DNA of 64,000 nt from Acidimicrobiales bacterium (lineage in GTDB: Bacteria > Actinomycetota > Acidimicrobiia > Acidimicrobiales > Bin134): contig OZ246892.1 in the NCBI GenBank assembly GCA_965231915.1, positions 2,699,247 through 2,763,246 on the forward strand, written 5' to 3'. The translations under genes and the position numbers were made by a program. Positions 32,646 through 45,262 of this stretch are shown here, in pieces. Numbering within the stretch: position 1 is the stretch's first letter; each line of letters starts with the position of its first letter. Below the pieces are notes generated by a model. The model ran no database searches. It worked only from the letters and a program-made list of their open reading frames with translations, and was not told the DNA's origin.

Positions 32646-33893
32646 GCTTGCCGGCGAAATCCTCATATCCCCGGTCGATGTGGTGCGGGTCGGCCACCAC
32701 GGTTACCCCGTCAGCCGCCAATCCGGCCACCACTAGTGCCGCCCCCGCCCGGATGTCGGACGCTCGCACCGGCGCACCGCTCAGTCGGCCCACCCCGCGG
32801 ATCACCGCGTGGTGTCCCTCCGTGCGGATATCGGCGCCCATGCGCACCAGTTCGTCCACATAGCGGAACCGGCCCGAGAACAAGTTCTCGGTCACGATCC
32901 CCACCCCTTCAGCCACGGACAACATGGTCACCAGCAGGGGCTTGCAGTCGGTGGGAAGACCAGGATACGGCAGGGTGGATACGTCGGCCGACCGCAAGCG
33001 CCCGCTGCTCATGGCCCACATCCCTTCGGAGTCCGACGAGGTTCGCACGCCCATCTCGCCCCAGCTTGCGGCAAGGCATTGCCATGTGGTCGGGCTGGGC
33101 CCCCCGCAGGATGATCTCCCCGCCGGCCAACCCAAGGGCGGCCAGGAACGTGGCCGCCTCGATCCGATCGCTCATCGCGGTGTGCTCGGCCGGGTGCAGT
33201 TCGGCCACACCCTCCACCATGATGGTGGACGTGCCCGCCCCGGTCACCTGGCCACCCATCCCGGTTCAGAAATCCGGCCAGATCAACAATCTCCGGCTCC
33301 CGGGCGGCATTGTCGATCACCGTTGTGCCCTTGGCTCGGACAGCAGCCATCATCACATTCTCGGTGGCTCCCACACTGGGGAACTCCAAAAGAACCGGAC
33401 TGCCCACCAGATTGTCGGCGGTGGCATGCACATCGCCCCCGGAGATCTCGAACCGACAGCCGATGGCCTCCAGTGCGGCGATGTGCATGTCGATGGGCCG
33501 GGGACCAAAATCATCTCCGCCGGGCAGGGCCACCCGGGCGTGGCCGGCACCGGCCAAGAGCGGGCCCAGCACCGCGGTTGAGGCTCGCAACTGCTCGGTC
33601 AGCGCATAGGGCGCCTCGGGGGTGATGACCGCGGGTCGGTCGATGGTGAGGGCGTCGCCCAACCGGCTGACCGAGGCCCCCATCGCCCGCAACACATCGG
33701 CCATCACAACCACATCGTCGATGTCGGGCACATTGCGGATCACCGACGTGCCCTCGGCGAGCAGGCACGCGGCCATGAGCTTCAATACCGAGTTCTTGGC
33801 CCCACCGATGGCCACCGATCCTTCCAGCGGACCGCGGGCCCGAACCTCGATCCGGTCCTGCTGATCGAAGTCCTCCTGCTGGACGCGCTCCAC
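32599..33893 (-). pseudogene. murA: UDP-N-acetylglucosamine 1-carboxyvinyltransferase MurA, reading frame interrupted by two +1 insertions
   Basis: Three consecutive minus-strand ORFs in three different frames (33893-33009, 33259-32909 and 33135-32599) together read as a collinear full-length MurA. The joins are ...EPEIVDLAGFLN(R) | MGGQVTGAGTSTIMVEGV...PDHMAMPCRKLG | EMGVRTSS...PGLPTD...HHIDRGYEDFAGKL. The shifts map to a GGG run (plus-strand CCC 33260-33262) and a GGGG run (plus-strand CCCC 33059-33062). Confidence 0.85.
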
Positions 33894-33902
33894 CCGATAA
33901 GT

Positions 33903-35501
33903 ATGGTGCCCGCGCTCCCATCGGCGAAGTCATGGGCACCGATGCCGCTGCGGGGCGTCTGCCACCGAAAAGTAGACTGCCTCCAGCCCATGCCCCGAGT
34001 GATCTCTCGTCGCGTTCTAAGCGCCGATTCCGCCGATGTCGTACTAAACGGCCCTGGCGGCCTGTTGACCCCCCGCTCCGACATCGTTTTGGAGCGCGCC
34101 GAGCCTGAAGGAGTGTTCACCGCGGTAGAGGGGCCGGTCGACCACTACCGCCGCACGGTAACCGTAGAGCCGATCAGCTCTGATCAGGTAGAGATCACCG
34201 AGCAGTTCGACTTTCGGCTGGCCATACCGGTTTGGTGGATTCTCTTCACCGTTCCCATCGGCCGTGCCCTGCGCAAGGGACGGGACCTTCCCTGGTGGCA
34301 CCCCCCCGACCGGTTCACCGCCCGACAGGCTCGGGTGGTGGCACTGCTGGCCACTCTCGCCGTTGCCGCCGGATTCTTGGGCACCCTGCTCGGGCAGACG
34401 ATCACGTTCGCAGCCGATGAGTTCGAGGTAGGCGAATCGGCGCAGGGACTCGCCCTATCGCTGGTCCGCCTCAGCATTCTGATCACACTGGCAGTTGCCG
34501 CCCTCGGCGACCGGAAGGGGCGTCGGCGCACACTTCTCTACGCCGCCGCCGGTGCGATATTGGCGGCGGCCGCCACTTCACTGGTCCCGAATCTGGCCAC
34601 TCTGGCCACTGTCCAGGCTGTTTCCCGGGGCCTGTCCCACGCCATGGCCCTGCTGATCTTCGTGTTCGCCCTCGAGGAGGCCCCGGCCGGATCGCGGGCC
34701 TTTGTGGTTTCCATGTTGGCGCTGGCTGCCGGCCTGGGCTCAGGCTTGGCAGTGGGCTCGGTTCCCTTTGCCGACCTCAGCGCATCGGGATGGCGTTTCT
34801 CCTTTGTGGCCGCGCTGGCTGGTCTGCCCTTGCTGGTGTTCGTGGCCCGACGGCTTCCCGAATCTCTGCGCTTTGAAACGGCTCGCCGTCAGCCGAGAGC
34901 CCGACAGCCGAAAGAGTATCGCTTCCGCCTGGCCATCTTGGCGGTGACCTCCTTCGCTGTATTGGTCTTCTCTGCCCCGGCATCTCAATTGCAAAATGAG
35001 TTTCTCAACGAGCAGCGAGACTTCAGCGCCACAAAGATCGCGGTGTTCACCCTGCTCACGACCTGGACAGCAGGCCCTGGCATGCTCATTGCCGGCAAGT
35101 TGGCCGATCTGCGAGGTCGGCGTGTGATCGCCTCAGTGGGGGTGAGCGGAGGGGCTTTGTTCATCCTGTGGCACTTCACTCAGGCCGGTTGGCCTATGTG
35201 GGTCTTGATCGCCATAGGCGCGCTCTTGACTTCTTCAACCGTTCCGGCTCTGGGGGTATACCGGGCCGAGATGTTCGGCACCATGCGCCGGGCGGAGTCC
35301 AATGGCCTGCTCGGCGTGGCCGGAGTGTCTGGGAGCATGGTCGGCCTGGCGGCCGGGGGGTACATGATCGAGACCTGGGGCTACGGCACCGCGTTCTCGA
35401 TTCTGTTGGCCGGTCCGTTGCTGGTGGGGGTCTTGGTGCTCCTGTTCTACCCCGAGACCACCAGACGGTCCCTTGAAGAACTGAACCCTGAAGATGCCTA
35501 G
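33903..35501 (+). CDS. MFS transporter with an N-terminal soluble extension
   Basis: About 12 hydrophobic helices with an MFS-like loop (GDRKGRRR). The N-terminal ~120 aa are non-membrane. The start is uncertain (ATG at 33903 or 33990). Confidence 0.8.
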   Translation: MVPALPSAKSWAPMPLRGVCHRKVDCLQPMPRVISRRVLSADSADVVLNGPGGLLTPRSDIVLERAEPEGVFTAVEGPVDHYRRTVTVEPISSDQVEITEQFDFRLAIPVWWILFTVPIGRALRKGRDLPWWHPPDRFTARQARVVALLATLAVAAGFLGTLLGQTITFAADEFEVGESAQGLALSLVRLSILITLAVAALGDRKGRRRTLLYAAAGAILAAAATSLVPNLATLATVQAVSRGLSHAMALLIFVFALEEAPAGSRAFVVSMLALAAGLGSGLAVGSVPFADLSASGWRFSFVAALAGLPLLVFVARRLPESLRFETARRQPRARQPKEYRFRLAILAVTSFAVLVFSAPASQLQNEFLNEQRDFSATKIAVFTLLTTWTAGPGMLIAGKLADLRGRRVIASVGVSGGALFILWHFTQAGWPMWVLIAIGALLTSSTVPALGVYRAEMFGTMRRAESNGLLGVAGVSGSMVGLAAGGYMIETWGYGTAFSILLAGPLLVGVLVLLFYPETTRRSLEELNPEDA

Positions 35502-36070
35502 AGGCTTTCCAACCAGCCCGCCACCGCAGCCACAATTGCAGCATCAGACTTCTTGGGGTCGTGGCGCTCGCCCTCAAGCCACACGGTGTTGACCGGTCCT
35601 TTGATGTCAGGTAGATGGGTGGCGAACTCCTCGGGACTGCCGAAAGGGTCCCGGTCGCCCGAAATGAACAGGCACGGAACGTCGACTTCTGGGAAATGCC
35701 CGGTCCGCAGATTCTCAGGCTTCTTCGGCGGGTGCAGCGGATAGCTCAACAGCACCAGCCCGGCGGCGGGCATCCCCTCGGCCACCGCCATCGAGCACAT
35801 CCGGCCTCCCATCGAGTGGCCTCCCAGGATCAAGCGGTCGGCCTCGGTCCCCAGCCGGGCGGCGATGGCCGGGATCTCCTCGTGCAGAAAAGCCAGCAGC
35901 TTGGGTGCCCGGTCGGGGGGTCGACGGCCCTGGTTGCGATAAGGGAAGTTGATCCGCTCCACCGGCATCGGGGCCAACTTCTCGGCAATGGCTACCAGCG
36001 TGTGCTGGTCGCGGTCTCCGCCCGCACCGTGGGTCAGGACCATGCCTTCGACCTTCGGCCTCCCCATCAC
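35498..36070 (-). CDS. Alpha/beta hydrolase (dienelactone hydrolase/KANL3-like)
   Basis: 190 aa. The nucleophile elbow is GGHSMGG, followed by the later SGDRDPF and ERHD motifs. Confidence 0.8.
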   Translation of the reverse strand: MMGRPKVEGMVLTHGAGGDRDQHTLVAIAEKLAPMPVERINFPYRNQGRRPPDRAPKLLAFLHEEIPAIAARLGTEADRLILGGHSMGGRMCSMAVAEGMPAAGLVLLSYPLHPPKKPENLRTGHFPEVDVPCLFISGDRDPFGSPEEFATHLPDIKGPVNTVWLEGERHDPKKSDAAIVAAVAGWLESL

Positions 36071-36882
36071 ATGAACCGGCGCAGGAGATCCCTCAGGGCA
36101 GTGGCGGCTTGTTCGGCAACAGCGTCGCCCTCGGTCGGATCGGGACCGACTACCAAGGCTTCCCGCAGTCCGTCAGCGGCATCCAACATGGCCCGCCAGA
36201 ACTCGGCGTCGTACCCCCACGGAAGGCTGAGCTGCACTACTTGGCCGTGGGCGATGGCGAAGTCCTCCACTGCTTTGGTGTCGGAGGTGTTGCGGCGAAG
36301 CCGGTCGGAGGAGAAGAACAGCGCCTCCAACACCTGATAGGGCTCTACCCCGGGGAGTCCTGGGCCGAACTGCCGCTGGGCGGCCGCGTTGATCATCCGG
36401 TCGAACAGGGCATCCACCACTTCCTCGTCGGCCTCCCCCACCACCAAATTGCCGGCGTAATCCACTTCGTGGGCGATGCCCTCACTCAAGAGATCGCTCA
36501 TAACATCGGCCTTTTGGGCGTCGTCGTAGTCCCCCAGTTCGTACACCACCGCAGGCAGGCTCTTGTCGAGGTCCGGCAGCTGGGCCCGCAATACCCCTTC
36601 CACTGCCTGGTCGACTTCCTCTTCGTCGGCCTCGCACACGATCAGTGTCGGGCCCAGCCAGGCGTGCTCCAACTCTTCGGCTCGAAGCGCTGCTTCCAAG
36701 CCATTGCGGGCGCCATAAGACCACTCGTGGAACTCGTAGGCCAGTTGCTCGTCGTCGGGACCGCCCACCCCTTCGGCAGGCTGTGGCGGTGATGGGAAGG
36801 TAGCCACGCCGCACTCCACGCACTCCGACACGTCCTCGTCGTAGGGGGCGCCACATTGGAAGCACCAGACCATGCCGTCCAT
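36067..36882 (-). CDS. Hypothetical acidic protein with an N-terminal zinc ribbon
   Basis: MDGMVWCFQCGAPYDEDVSECVECG gives CxxC...CxxC, followed by a highly acidic helical body. I chose the ATG at 36882. The track start at 37155 would overlap glpX and reads as Arg/Pro-rich junk. Confidence 0.6.
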   Translation of the reverse strand: MDGMVWCFQCGAPYDEDVSECVECGVATFPSPPQPAEGVGGPDDEQLAYEFHEWSYGARNGLEAALRAEELEHAWLGPTLIVCEADEEEVDQAVEGVLRAQLPDLDKSLPAVVYELGDYDDAQKADVMSDLLSEGIAHEVDYAGNLVVGEADEEVVDALFDRMINAAAQRQFGPGLPGVEPYQVLEALFFSSDRLRRNTSDTKAVEDFAIAHGQVVQLSLPWGYDAEFWRAMLDAADGLREALVVGPDPTEGDAVAEQAATALRDLLRRFM

Positions 36883-36980
36883 AGTTTCAGATGGCACCGG
36901 CGGGGTCGCATCGTCGCCACAAACAGAAGCCGCACAAACATGCTGGCAGAGGGTGAAGTCCTCGGTGCACAGCACTACGG

Positions 36981-37988
36981 TTGGGCAACGTGAACGCTTC
37001 GACCGAGACACCCGACCGCAACCTGGCGATGGAGCTGGTTCGGGTAACCGAAGTCGCAGCTCTGGCCGCTTCACGCTGGATGGGCCGGGGCGATAAAGAA
37101 GGGGCTGACGGTGCCGCGGTAGAGGCCATGCGGGTGCTGCTGCGGACCGTGCCAATGGACGGGATAGTGGTGATCGGCGAGGGCGAGAAGGATGAAGCCC
37201 CCATGCTCTTCAACGGGGAGCTGATCGGCGACGGAACGCCTCCGGAATGCGATATCGCAGTCGATCCCATAGACGGCACCACGCTCACCTCGCTGGGCCG
37301 GGGCAATGCCCTATCGGTGATTGCGGTGTCTGACCGCGGGACCATGTTCAACCCCGGACCTTGCGTGTACATGGAGAAGATCGCCTACGGACCCGAGTGC
37401 ATGGGTTATGGCATCTCGCTGGACAACTCCCCCACTCGCAATCTCGAACTAGTAGCTGAGGCCAAGAGCGAGTCGGTGCGGGACGTGACCGCGGTGATTC
37501 TCGACCGCGACCGCCACTCGGAGCTGATTGCCGAGGTGCGCGACGCCGGGGCCCGCATCCGGCTCATCCCTGACGGCGACGTGGCCGGGGCCATATCCAC
37601 CGCCTGGCCCGACTCGGGGGCCGACATCCTGTTCGGAGTCGGGGGAACCCCCGAAGGCGTGATCGCCGCGGCCGCCCTCAAATGCATGGGCGGTGAGCTA
37701 CTGGGGCGGCTCTGGCCCCGCAACGACCGGGAGCGGAAAGAAGCCGAGAAGCTGGGTCGAGATGTGACCCAGATGCTCACCGCCGACGACTTGGTCCAAG
37801 GCGACAACTGTTTCTTCGCCGCCACCGGCATCACCGACGGTGATCTGCTCAAGGGCGTCCATTACAGCAAGAATCACGCCAGCACCCAGTCACTGGTTAT
37901 GCGATCCAAGTCGGGCACCGTCCGGCTGGTCACCGCCGACCATCAACTGGGGAAGCTGAACAGCTTCTCCGCCATCGAGTTCGGCTAG
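36981..37988 (+). CDS. glpX: Class II fructose-1,6-bisphosphatase GlpX
   Basis: [31 protein letters not shown] and DPIDGTT are GlpX motifs. The start is TTG at 36981 or GTG at 36990. Confidence 0.93.
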   Translation: MGNVNASTETPDRNLAMELVRVTEVAALAASRWMGRGDKEGADGAAVEAMRVLLRTVPMDGIVVIGEGEKDEAPMLFNGELIGDGTPPECDIAVDPIDGTTLTSLGRGNALSVIAVSDRGTMFNPGPCVYMEKIAYGPECMGYGISLDNSPTRNLELVAEAKSESVRDVTAVILDRDRHSELIAEVRDAGARIRLIPDGDVAGAISTAWPDSGADILFGVGGTPEGVIAAAALKCMGGELLGRLWPRNDRERKEAEKLGRDVTQMLTADDLVQGDNCFFAATGITDGDLLKGVHYSKNHASTQSLVMRSKSGTVRLVTADHQLGKLNSFSAIEFG

Positions 37989-37992
37989 CGGC

Positions 37993-40053
37993 CTACTGAT
38001 CAGTGCGGTACAGGTAACGCAGATCCCAGTAGCCGTACAGCGTCGGCGTGTAGTTGCCAAATACGTTGCGAACCGCTCCCAACCGCTCAGACTGCGTGGT
38101 GTAGATGAGGGGCACGTTCTCGGCGACAATCGCTTGGGCATCCCAGTAGTGCTGCACCCGCCGTTCGTGGTCTAGCTCTTGGCTGCCGGCGATGTACAGC
38201 TCGTCGATCTCCGCCTCCCACTCCGTGGCAGGCTCGGGCTGGTTCGGATGCCAAAGGTGCAGGCCTTCGCCGCTGTGCCACACGGTCATACCGCCGAAGG
38301 GGTCGGGGCTACCGGTCAATCCCACGACCATGGCCTCCCAGTCGTAGGTGGCCGTGAGCTGGGCCACCATGTCGCCGAAGTCCACGGTGCGAAAATCAAC
38401 GTCGAGGCCAATCGCCTCCATTCCCTCGTGAATGATGCCGGTGATCTCGGCGCGCACGCTGTTCCCCTCGCTGGTGACCATCGTGAATGAGATGGGGTTG
38501 CCCACATCGTCCTCGCGGATGCCATCGCCGTCGGTGTCAACCCAGCCCATTTCGTCGAGAATCTCGTTGGCCCGGTCTACGTCGTAGGGGTATTGGCGCA
38601 CTTCGGGATTGTGGAAGTCCCCGGCTGCCGGGCTCACCGAAGACCACTGCGGATAGCCCAAACCGTGCTGTACCCCGTCGATCATGGCTGCCTTGTCCAT
38701 GGTGTGGGCAACGGCCTGTCGGAATGCCACGTTTTGGAACCAGTTCAGTTGCACCGGATCGACATACGGGTCGCCGGCATCGTTAGACCCGGGGTTCTGA
38801 TTGAAGGCCAAGAAATTCGTGCCGAATCCGGGGCCGCGGCGATGCAGGGTGAAGTTCTCCTCTTCGGCCAGAGGATCGAGCTGCGCGAACTCCTCTCCCA
38901 ATACGCCGTGGAAATCGGTGGTGCCGTCGCGGAAAAACGCGAGCTCGTCCTCCAAGTCCTCCACGATCAATTGCACCACCCGGTCGAGATACGGCAGGCG
39001 CCCTCCGGCATCGTCCACCAGCCAGTAGTCGGGGTTTCGCTCGAAGACGACACGCTCGCCGGGCGTGTATTCCCCGATGGTGAACGGGCCGGTACCGATG
39101 ATCTCCGAGGGATCGGTGTCGATGCCCCAATACTCCGTAAAAGCACCCGCCTCGATGGGTTCTTCCAGAATGTGCTTGGGGTAGATGGCGGTGCCCATCG
39201 AGCGCAGGAACGGTGCGAACGGCTGAGGGAGGACAAACTCCACCGTGCGGTCGTCCAGGGCCGTCACCGTCATTTGCGCCTGCTCCCACTGGCCGGTATC
39301 AGCATTCAGGAATTGGAACTCGAAAGAAGCCCGGCTCGAGGCTTGGAAATCGTCGTTGTAGATGACTTTGTTGAACGTGAACTCCACGTCGTGGGCGGTC
39401 AACGGCATGCCGTCGTGCCACTGCACGTCGTCTCGCAGATGAAACACCCAGCGCAGTCCATCGTCGGAGCGCTCCCATGAAGACGCCAGCAGCGGCTCGA
39501 TCTCATCGTTCAGCCACGAGGTTTGAGTAAGTCCCTCGAATAGATAACCGAGCACGCCCGAAGATCCGGCATCTCGTGACAACGCCAAGTTGAATGTGAG
39601 GGGCTCGTAGATGGTTGCCACCGTGAGCGTGCCACCGTGAGCGCCGACCTCATAGGAGAACCCCTCGGCATTCCGGCGCAATTCCTCCACGATGGCCATA
39701 GACGGAACAAGTCCCCCGAACTGAGCTGCCGCCGCCATGCGAAGGCGAAGTTGCTCCAGGGCGGATTGGCCATCCAGTTCGATCGCCTCGCTCTCATCGG
39801 GCGTCACAGGCTCAGCGGTAGGCTCGGGCGGGGCAACCGTCGCCTCGGCATCATCGGGTTCGACGGTCGGCTCGGGCAGTGCAGCCGTCGGCTCGGGAGT
39901 CGGCTCGACAGGTTCGGGCTCAACAGGATCCGGGTCAGGCGCGGCAGTGATGTCAGGCGTCGACGCAGTGGACGGAGCATCATCATTCGAGCAGGCGGTG
40001 GCCAAGAGCAGAACGAGGGCAACAACGGCCAGGAGTCGCAGTCCTCTATTCAT
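37993..40053 (-). CDS. ABC transporter substrate-binding lipoprotein, peptide/nickel (family 5) type
   Basis: The lipobox is LLLATACSNDD. A Pro/Glu-rich linker follows, then an SBP_bac_5-like body (YEPLTFN..., NPDYW...). 686 aa. Confidence 0.9.
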   Translation of the reverse strand: MNRGLRLLAVVALVLLLATACSNDDAPSTASTPDITAAPDPDPVEPEPVEPTPEPTAALPEPTVEPDDAEATVAPPEPTAEPVTPDESEAIELDGQSALEQLRLRMAAAAQFGGLVPSMAIVEELRRNAEGFSYEVGAHGGTLTVATIYEPLTFNLALSRDAGSSGVLGYLFEGLTQTSWLNDEIEPLLASSWERSDDGLRWVFHLRDDVQWHDGMPLTAHDVEFTFNKVIYNDDFQASSRASFEFQFLNADTGQWEQAQMTVTALDDRTVEFVLPQPFAPFLRSMGTAIYPKHILEEPIEAGAFTEYWGIDTDPSEIIGTGPFTIGEYTPGERVVFERNPDYWLVDDAGGRLPYLDRVVQLIVEDLEDELAFFRDGTTDFHGVLGEEFAQLDPLAEEENFTLHRRGPGFGTNFLAFNQNPGSNDAGDPYVDPVQLNWFQNVAFRQAVAHTMDKAAMIDGVQHGLGYPQWSSVSPAAGDFHNPEVRQYPYDVDRANEILDEMGWVDTDGDGIREDDVGNPISFTMVTSEGNSVRAEITGIIHEGMEAIGLDVDFRTVDFGDMVAQLTATYDWEAMVVGLTGSPDPFGGMTVWHSGEGLHLWHPNQPEPATEWEAEIDELYIAGSQELDHERRVQHYWDAQAIVAENVPLIYTTQSERLGAVRNVFGNYTPTLYGYWDLRYLYRTDQ

Positions 40054-40069
40054 GTATTCCTCCCAGAGA

Positions 40070-40930
40070 TCACGAGCTTTCCGGCCAGGCGCGGCGGGCG
40101 GCCCGGCCGATAAGCGCCCGGCGAAAGTGTCGGGGAGAAATTCCCGACAGCGCGGCGAGAACCCGGTTGATGCGCCCGGTCACCACCTCAGGCCGAGATC
40201 GGGCCGCAGCTGCCAGCGTCTCAGCGGCCACCTCGTCGGCATCTTGCCACCCCACTGAAGGCCACTTGTCCAGGTTCCAGCGCCCCCGCTCGTGGAACTC
40301 GGTACGGGTCAACCCGGGCAATGCAGTGGTTACCACCACATCGGTACCCTTGTGCTCCTCGTAAACGGCCTCGCCAAAACTGGTGATGAACGCCTTGGTC
40401 GCCGAGTAGACCGCAGTCATTGGCATCCCCTGGAGTGAAGCCATAGACGAAACGAGGACCACATGGCCTCGCCCCCTATCGACCATCGTCTTCAGGGCGG
40501 CATGGGTCAGCCGCACCAGCGCCGTGACGTTGACGCCAATGGTCTCCCACACCTCAGAAGCGTCTTGGGTGTGAAAGGGCCCTTCGTAACCCAATCCGGC
40601 ATTGTTCACCAGCAGGTCTATGGGCGCCTCCTCGGCCACCACCCGCTTCTCCACAGCTGCCAAACCCTCCGGGTCGCACAAGTCGGCCTCCAGCACCTCC
40701 ACGTCCAACTGCCCCTCGCTGGACCGCAACTCGGCAGCTAGTTCCTCCAGCCGGTCGCCGCTGCGGGCCACCAACACCAGGTCCACCCCGGCAGCGGCCA
40801 ACTGCACCGCCATCGCCCGTCCGATTCCCGTCGACGCCCCAGTCACCAACGCCCGCTCCCAGCGAGCCCCCCGAGACCCTCGCAAACCCATTCCAAGCAA
40901 CTCCATCAAGCGCAAAGCTGACGCTCTCAC
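40070..40930 (-). CDS. Short-chain dehydrogenase/reductase (SDR)
   Basis: Motifs are ALVTGASTGIGRA, NNAG and YSATK. The start may be an internal Met. Confidence 0.88.
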   Translation of the reverse strand: MRASALRLMELLGMGLRGSRGARWERALVTGASTGIGRAMAVQLAAAGVDLVLVARSGDRLEELAAELRSSEGQLDVEVLEADLCDPEGLAAVEKRVVAEEAPIDLLVNNAGLGYEGPFHTQDASEVWETIGVNVTALVRLTHAALKTMVDRGRGHVVLVSSMASLQGMPMTAVYSATKAFITSFGEAVYEEHKGTDVVVTTALPGLTRTEFHERGRWNLDKWPSVGWQDADEVAAETLAAAARSRPEVVTGRINRVLAALSGISPRHFRRALIGRAARRAWPESS

Positions 40931-40950
40931 GCTGACAAGTTAGTGGTAGT

Positions 40951-41208
40951 TCAGCTTACGGTGGCGGAATCGCTGAGGAGGGCGACGTTGTCGTGGGAGA
41001 CCTCCACGAAGCCGCGCTCGACGGCGATCGTGGTCTTAGCGCCCTCGGTGGTGTACACCCGAACCTCGCTGGGCACCAGGACGCCCAAAAAGGGCACGTG
41101 GCCGGGCTGGAACGCGATCTCGCCGTCGGTGGTGCGGGCTACCACCATCTCGGCTTCGCCGGTGTAGACGATCTCCTCGGGGGAGACGAGCTCTATGGTC
41201 AGGGCCAC
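40951..41208 (-). CDS. atpC: F1 ATP synthase epsilon subunit, N-terminal beta-sandwich only
   Basis: The 85-aa sequence LVSPEEIVYTGEAEMVVARTTDGEIAFQPGHVPFLGVL matches the epsilon N-terminal domain. No helical C-terminal domain is present. It lies immediately downstream of atpD. Confidence 0.85.
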   Translation of the reverse strand: MALTIELVSPEEIVYTGEAEMVVARTTDGEIAFQPGHVPFLGVLVPSEVRVYTTEGAKTTIAVERGFVEVSHDNVALLSDSATVS

Positions 41209-41210
41209 AG

Positions 41211-43588
<2,378 letters not shown>

Positions 43589-43591
43589 AGA

Positions 43592-45217
43592 TCAGTCTTC
43601 CTCGGGGCGCTGGATGTCGGTCTCGGGAAGTGTGTGGTCGGCGTCGACCACCCCGGCCTCTGCCGCGGCTTGAGCCTCTGCGTCGGGCTCATCGCCCTCG
43701 GGCTCGGCCGACGACTCGAACTGGGCGGCGAAGGCCGAAACCGCGGCCTCCAGCCCCTCTTCGTCCACCGCGCCGGAATCCACCACAGCAGACATCAGGC
43801 CGGCGTTGCGGGTCCGGACCCATTCCAACAACTCTGACTCGAAGCGGGCCACGTCTTCGACGGGGATGGTGTCGAGGTAGCCCCGGGTGCCGGCATACAG
43901 CGACACCACTTGCTCCTCCACCGGCATGGGCGTCTGGATGCCCTGCTTGAGCAACTCGGTGAGGCGGTAGCCCCGGTCGAGCTGAGCCTGGGACACGGCG
44001 TCGAGTTCGGAGCCGAAGGCAGCGAAGGCCTCCAGCTCTCGGAACTGCTGCAAGTCGGCCTTGAGCGTGCCCACCGCGGTCTTCATGGCCTTGATCTGAG
44101 CAGCGGAGCCCACCCGGGATACCGAGATGCCCACATCCACCGCAGGCCGTACCCCCGACTTGAACAGGTCGTCTTGCAAGAAGATCTGCCCATCGGTGAT
44201 GGAGATCACGTTGGTGGGGATGTAGGCCGACACGTCGCCGGCCTTGGTCTCGATGATGGGCAGCGCGGTCAGCGACCCCGCCCCCCGCTCGTCGCTCAGC
44301 TTGGCCGCCCGCTCGAGCAGCCGGCTGTGCAGGTAGAACACGTCGCCGGGATAGGCCTCACGTCCGGGCGGGCGACGCAACAGCAGCGCCATCTGCCGAT
44401 AGGCCTCGGCCTGCTTCGACAAGTCGTCGTACACCGCCAGGGCGTGGCCGCCGTTGTCCATCCAGTGCTGGCCCATGGCGCAGCCGGCGTAGGGGGCCAG
44501 GTACTTGAACGGCGCCGGGTCGGAGGCCGGGGCCACCACCACCACCGTGTACTCCATAGCGCCCCGCTCGGCCAGTGTGGCCACCGCCTGGGCCACAGTG
44601 GAGGCCTTCTGGCCGATGGCCACATAGATGCACTTCACCCCTTGGCCCTTTTGGTTCAAGATGGTGTCCATGGCCACGGTGGTCTTGCCCGTCTTGCGGT
44701 CGCCGATGATCAGCTCCCGCTGGCCGCGGCCGATGGGAATGAGCGAGTCGATGGCCTTGATGCCGGTCTGAATCGGTTCATGCACCGGCTTGCGACCGGT
44801 GATGCCGGGGGCCTGCACCTCCATACGGCGGGTTTCGGCACCCACAATGGGACCCTTGCCGTCCACCGGCTCGCCGAGGGCATTCACCACCCGGCCCAAA
44901 AGGGCGTCGCCCACCGGAACCGACAGGATGTCGCCGGTGGAGCGGACGGCCTGGCCCTCTTCGATCTCGTCCACCTCGCCGAGCACCACCGCGCCGATGG
45001 AATCCTCGTCGAGGTTCAGGGCCAAGCCAATGGACCCGTTCTCGAACTCCAGCATCTCGTTCACCGCCGCGCCGGGCAGCCCGGAGATGCGGGCGATGCC
45101 GTCGCCCACCTCGGTGATCCGACCCACCTGGGCCAGCTCAACCTCGGGTTGGAACCCCTCCAGGTTGCGGCGGATGGCCTCGGCGATGGAACCGGTGTCG
45201 ATGGTCAGCTCTGCCAT
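43592..45217 (-). CDS. atpA: F1 ATP synthase alpha subunit with an acidic C-terminal extension
   Basis: Walker A is GDRKTGKT. The sequence is conserved alpha throughout, plus a roughly 35-aa Asp/Glu/Ala-rich tail. Confidence 0.98.
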   Translation of the reverse strand: MAELTIDTGSIAEAIRRNLEGFQPEVELAQVGRITEVGDGIARISGLPGAAVNEMLEFENGSIGLALNLDEDSIGAVVLGEVDEIEEGQAVRSTGDILSVPVGDALLGRVVNALGEPVDGKGPIVGAETRRMEVQAPGITGRKPVHEPIQTGIKAIDSLIPIGRGQRELIIGDRKTGKTTVAMDTILNQKGQGVKCIYVAIGQKASTVAQAVATLAERGAMEYTVVVVAPASDPAPFKYLAPYAGCAMGQHWMDNGGHALAVYDDLSKQAEAYRQMALLLRRPPGREAYPGDVFYLHSRLLERAAKLSDERGAGSLTALPIIETKAGDVSAYIPTNVISITDGQIFLQDDLFKSGVRPAVDVGISVSRVGSAAQIKAMKTAVGTLKADLQQFRELEAFAAFGSELDAVSQAQLDRGYRLTELLKQGIQTPMPVEEQVVSLYAGTRGYLDTIPVEDVARFESELLEWVRTRNAGLMSAVVDSGAVDEEGLEAAVSAFAAQFESSAEPEGDEPDAEAQAAAEAGVVDADHTLPETDIQRPEED

Positions 45218-45262
45218 TGCTCTCCTCGATAAGAAAAATTCATCAAACTCGTGTGCACGGGA

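Noticed and set aside
32599-33893. Possibility that the murA frame changes are programmed ribosomal frameshifts
   Set aside because: I saw no slippery heptamer or stimulatory structure at either site. Two consecutive shifts in the same direction within 200 nt of a housekeeping enzyme have no precedent that I know of. Indels in G runs are the simpler explanation.
43910-45232. 440-aa plus-strand ORF antisense to atpA, with similar antisense ORFs across atpD, atpG and atpF
   Set aside because: The minus-strand ATP synthase genes are unambiguous. The plus-strand translations are His/Gly/Leu/Arg-rich nonsense.
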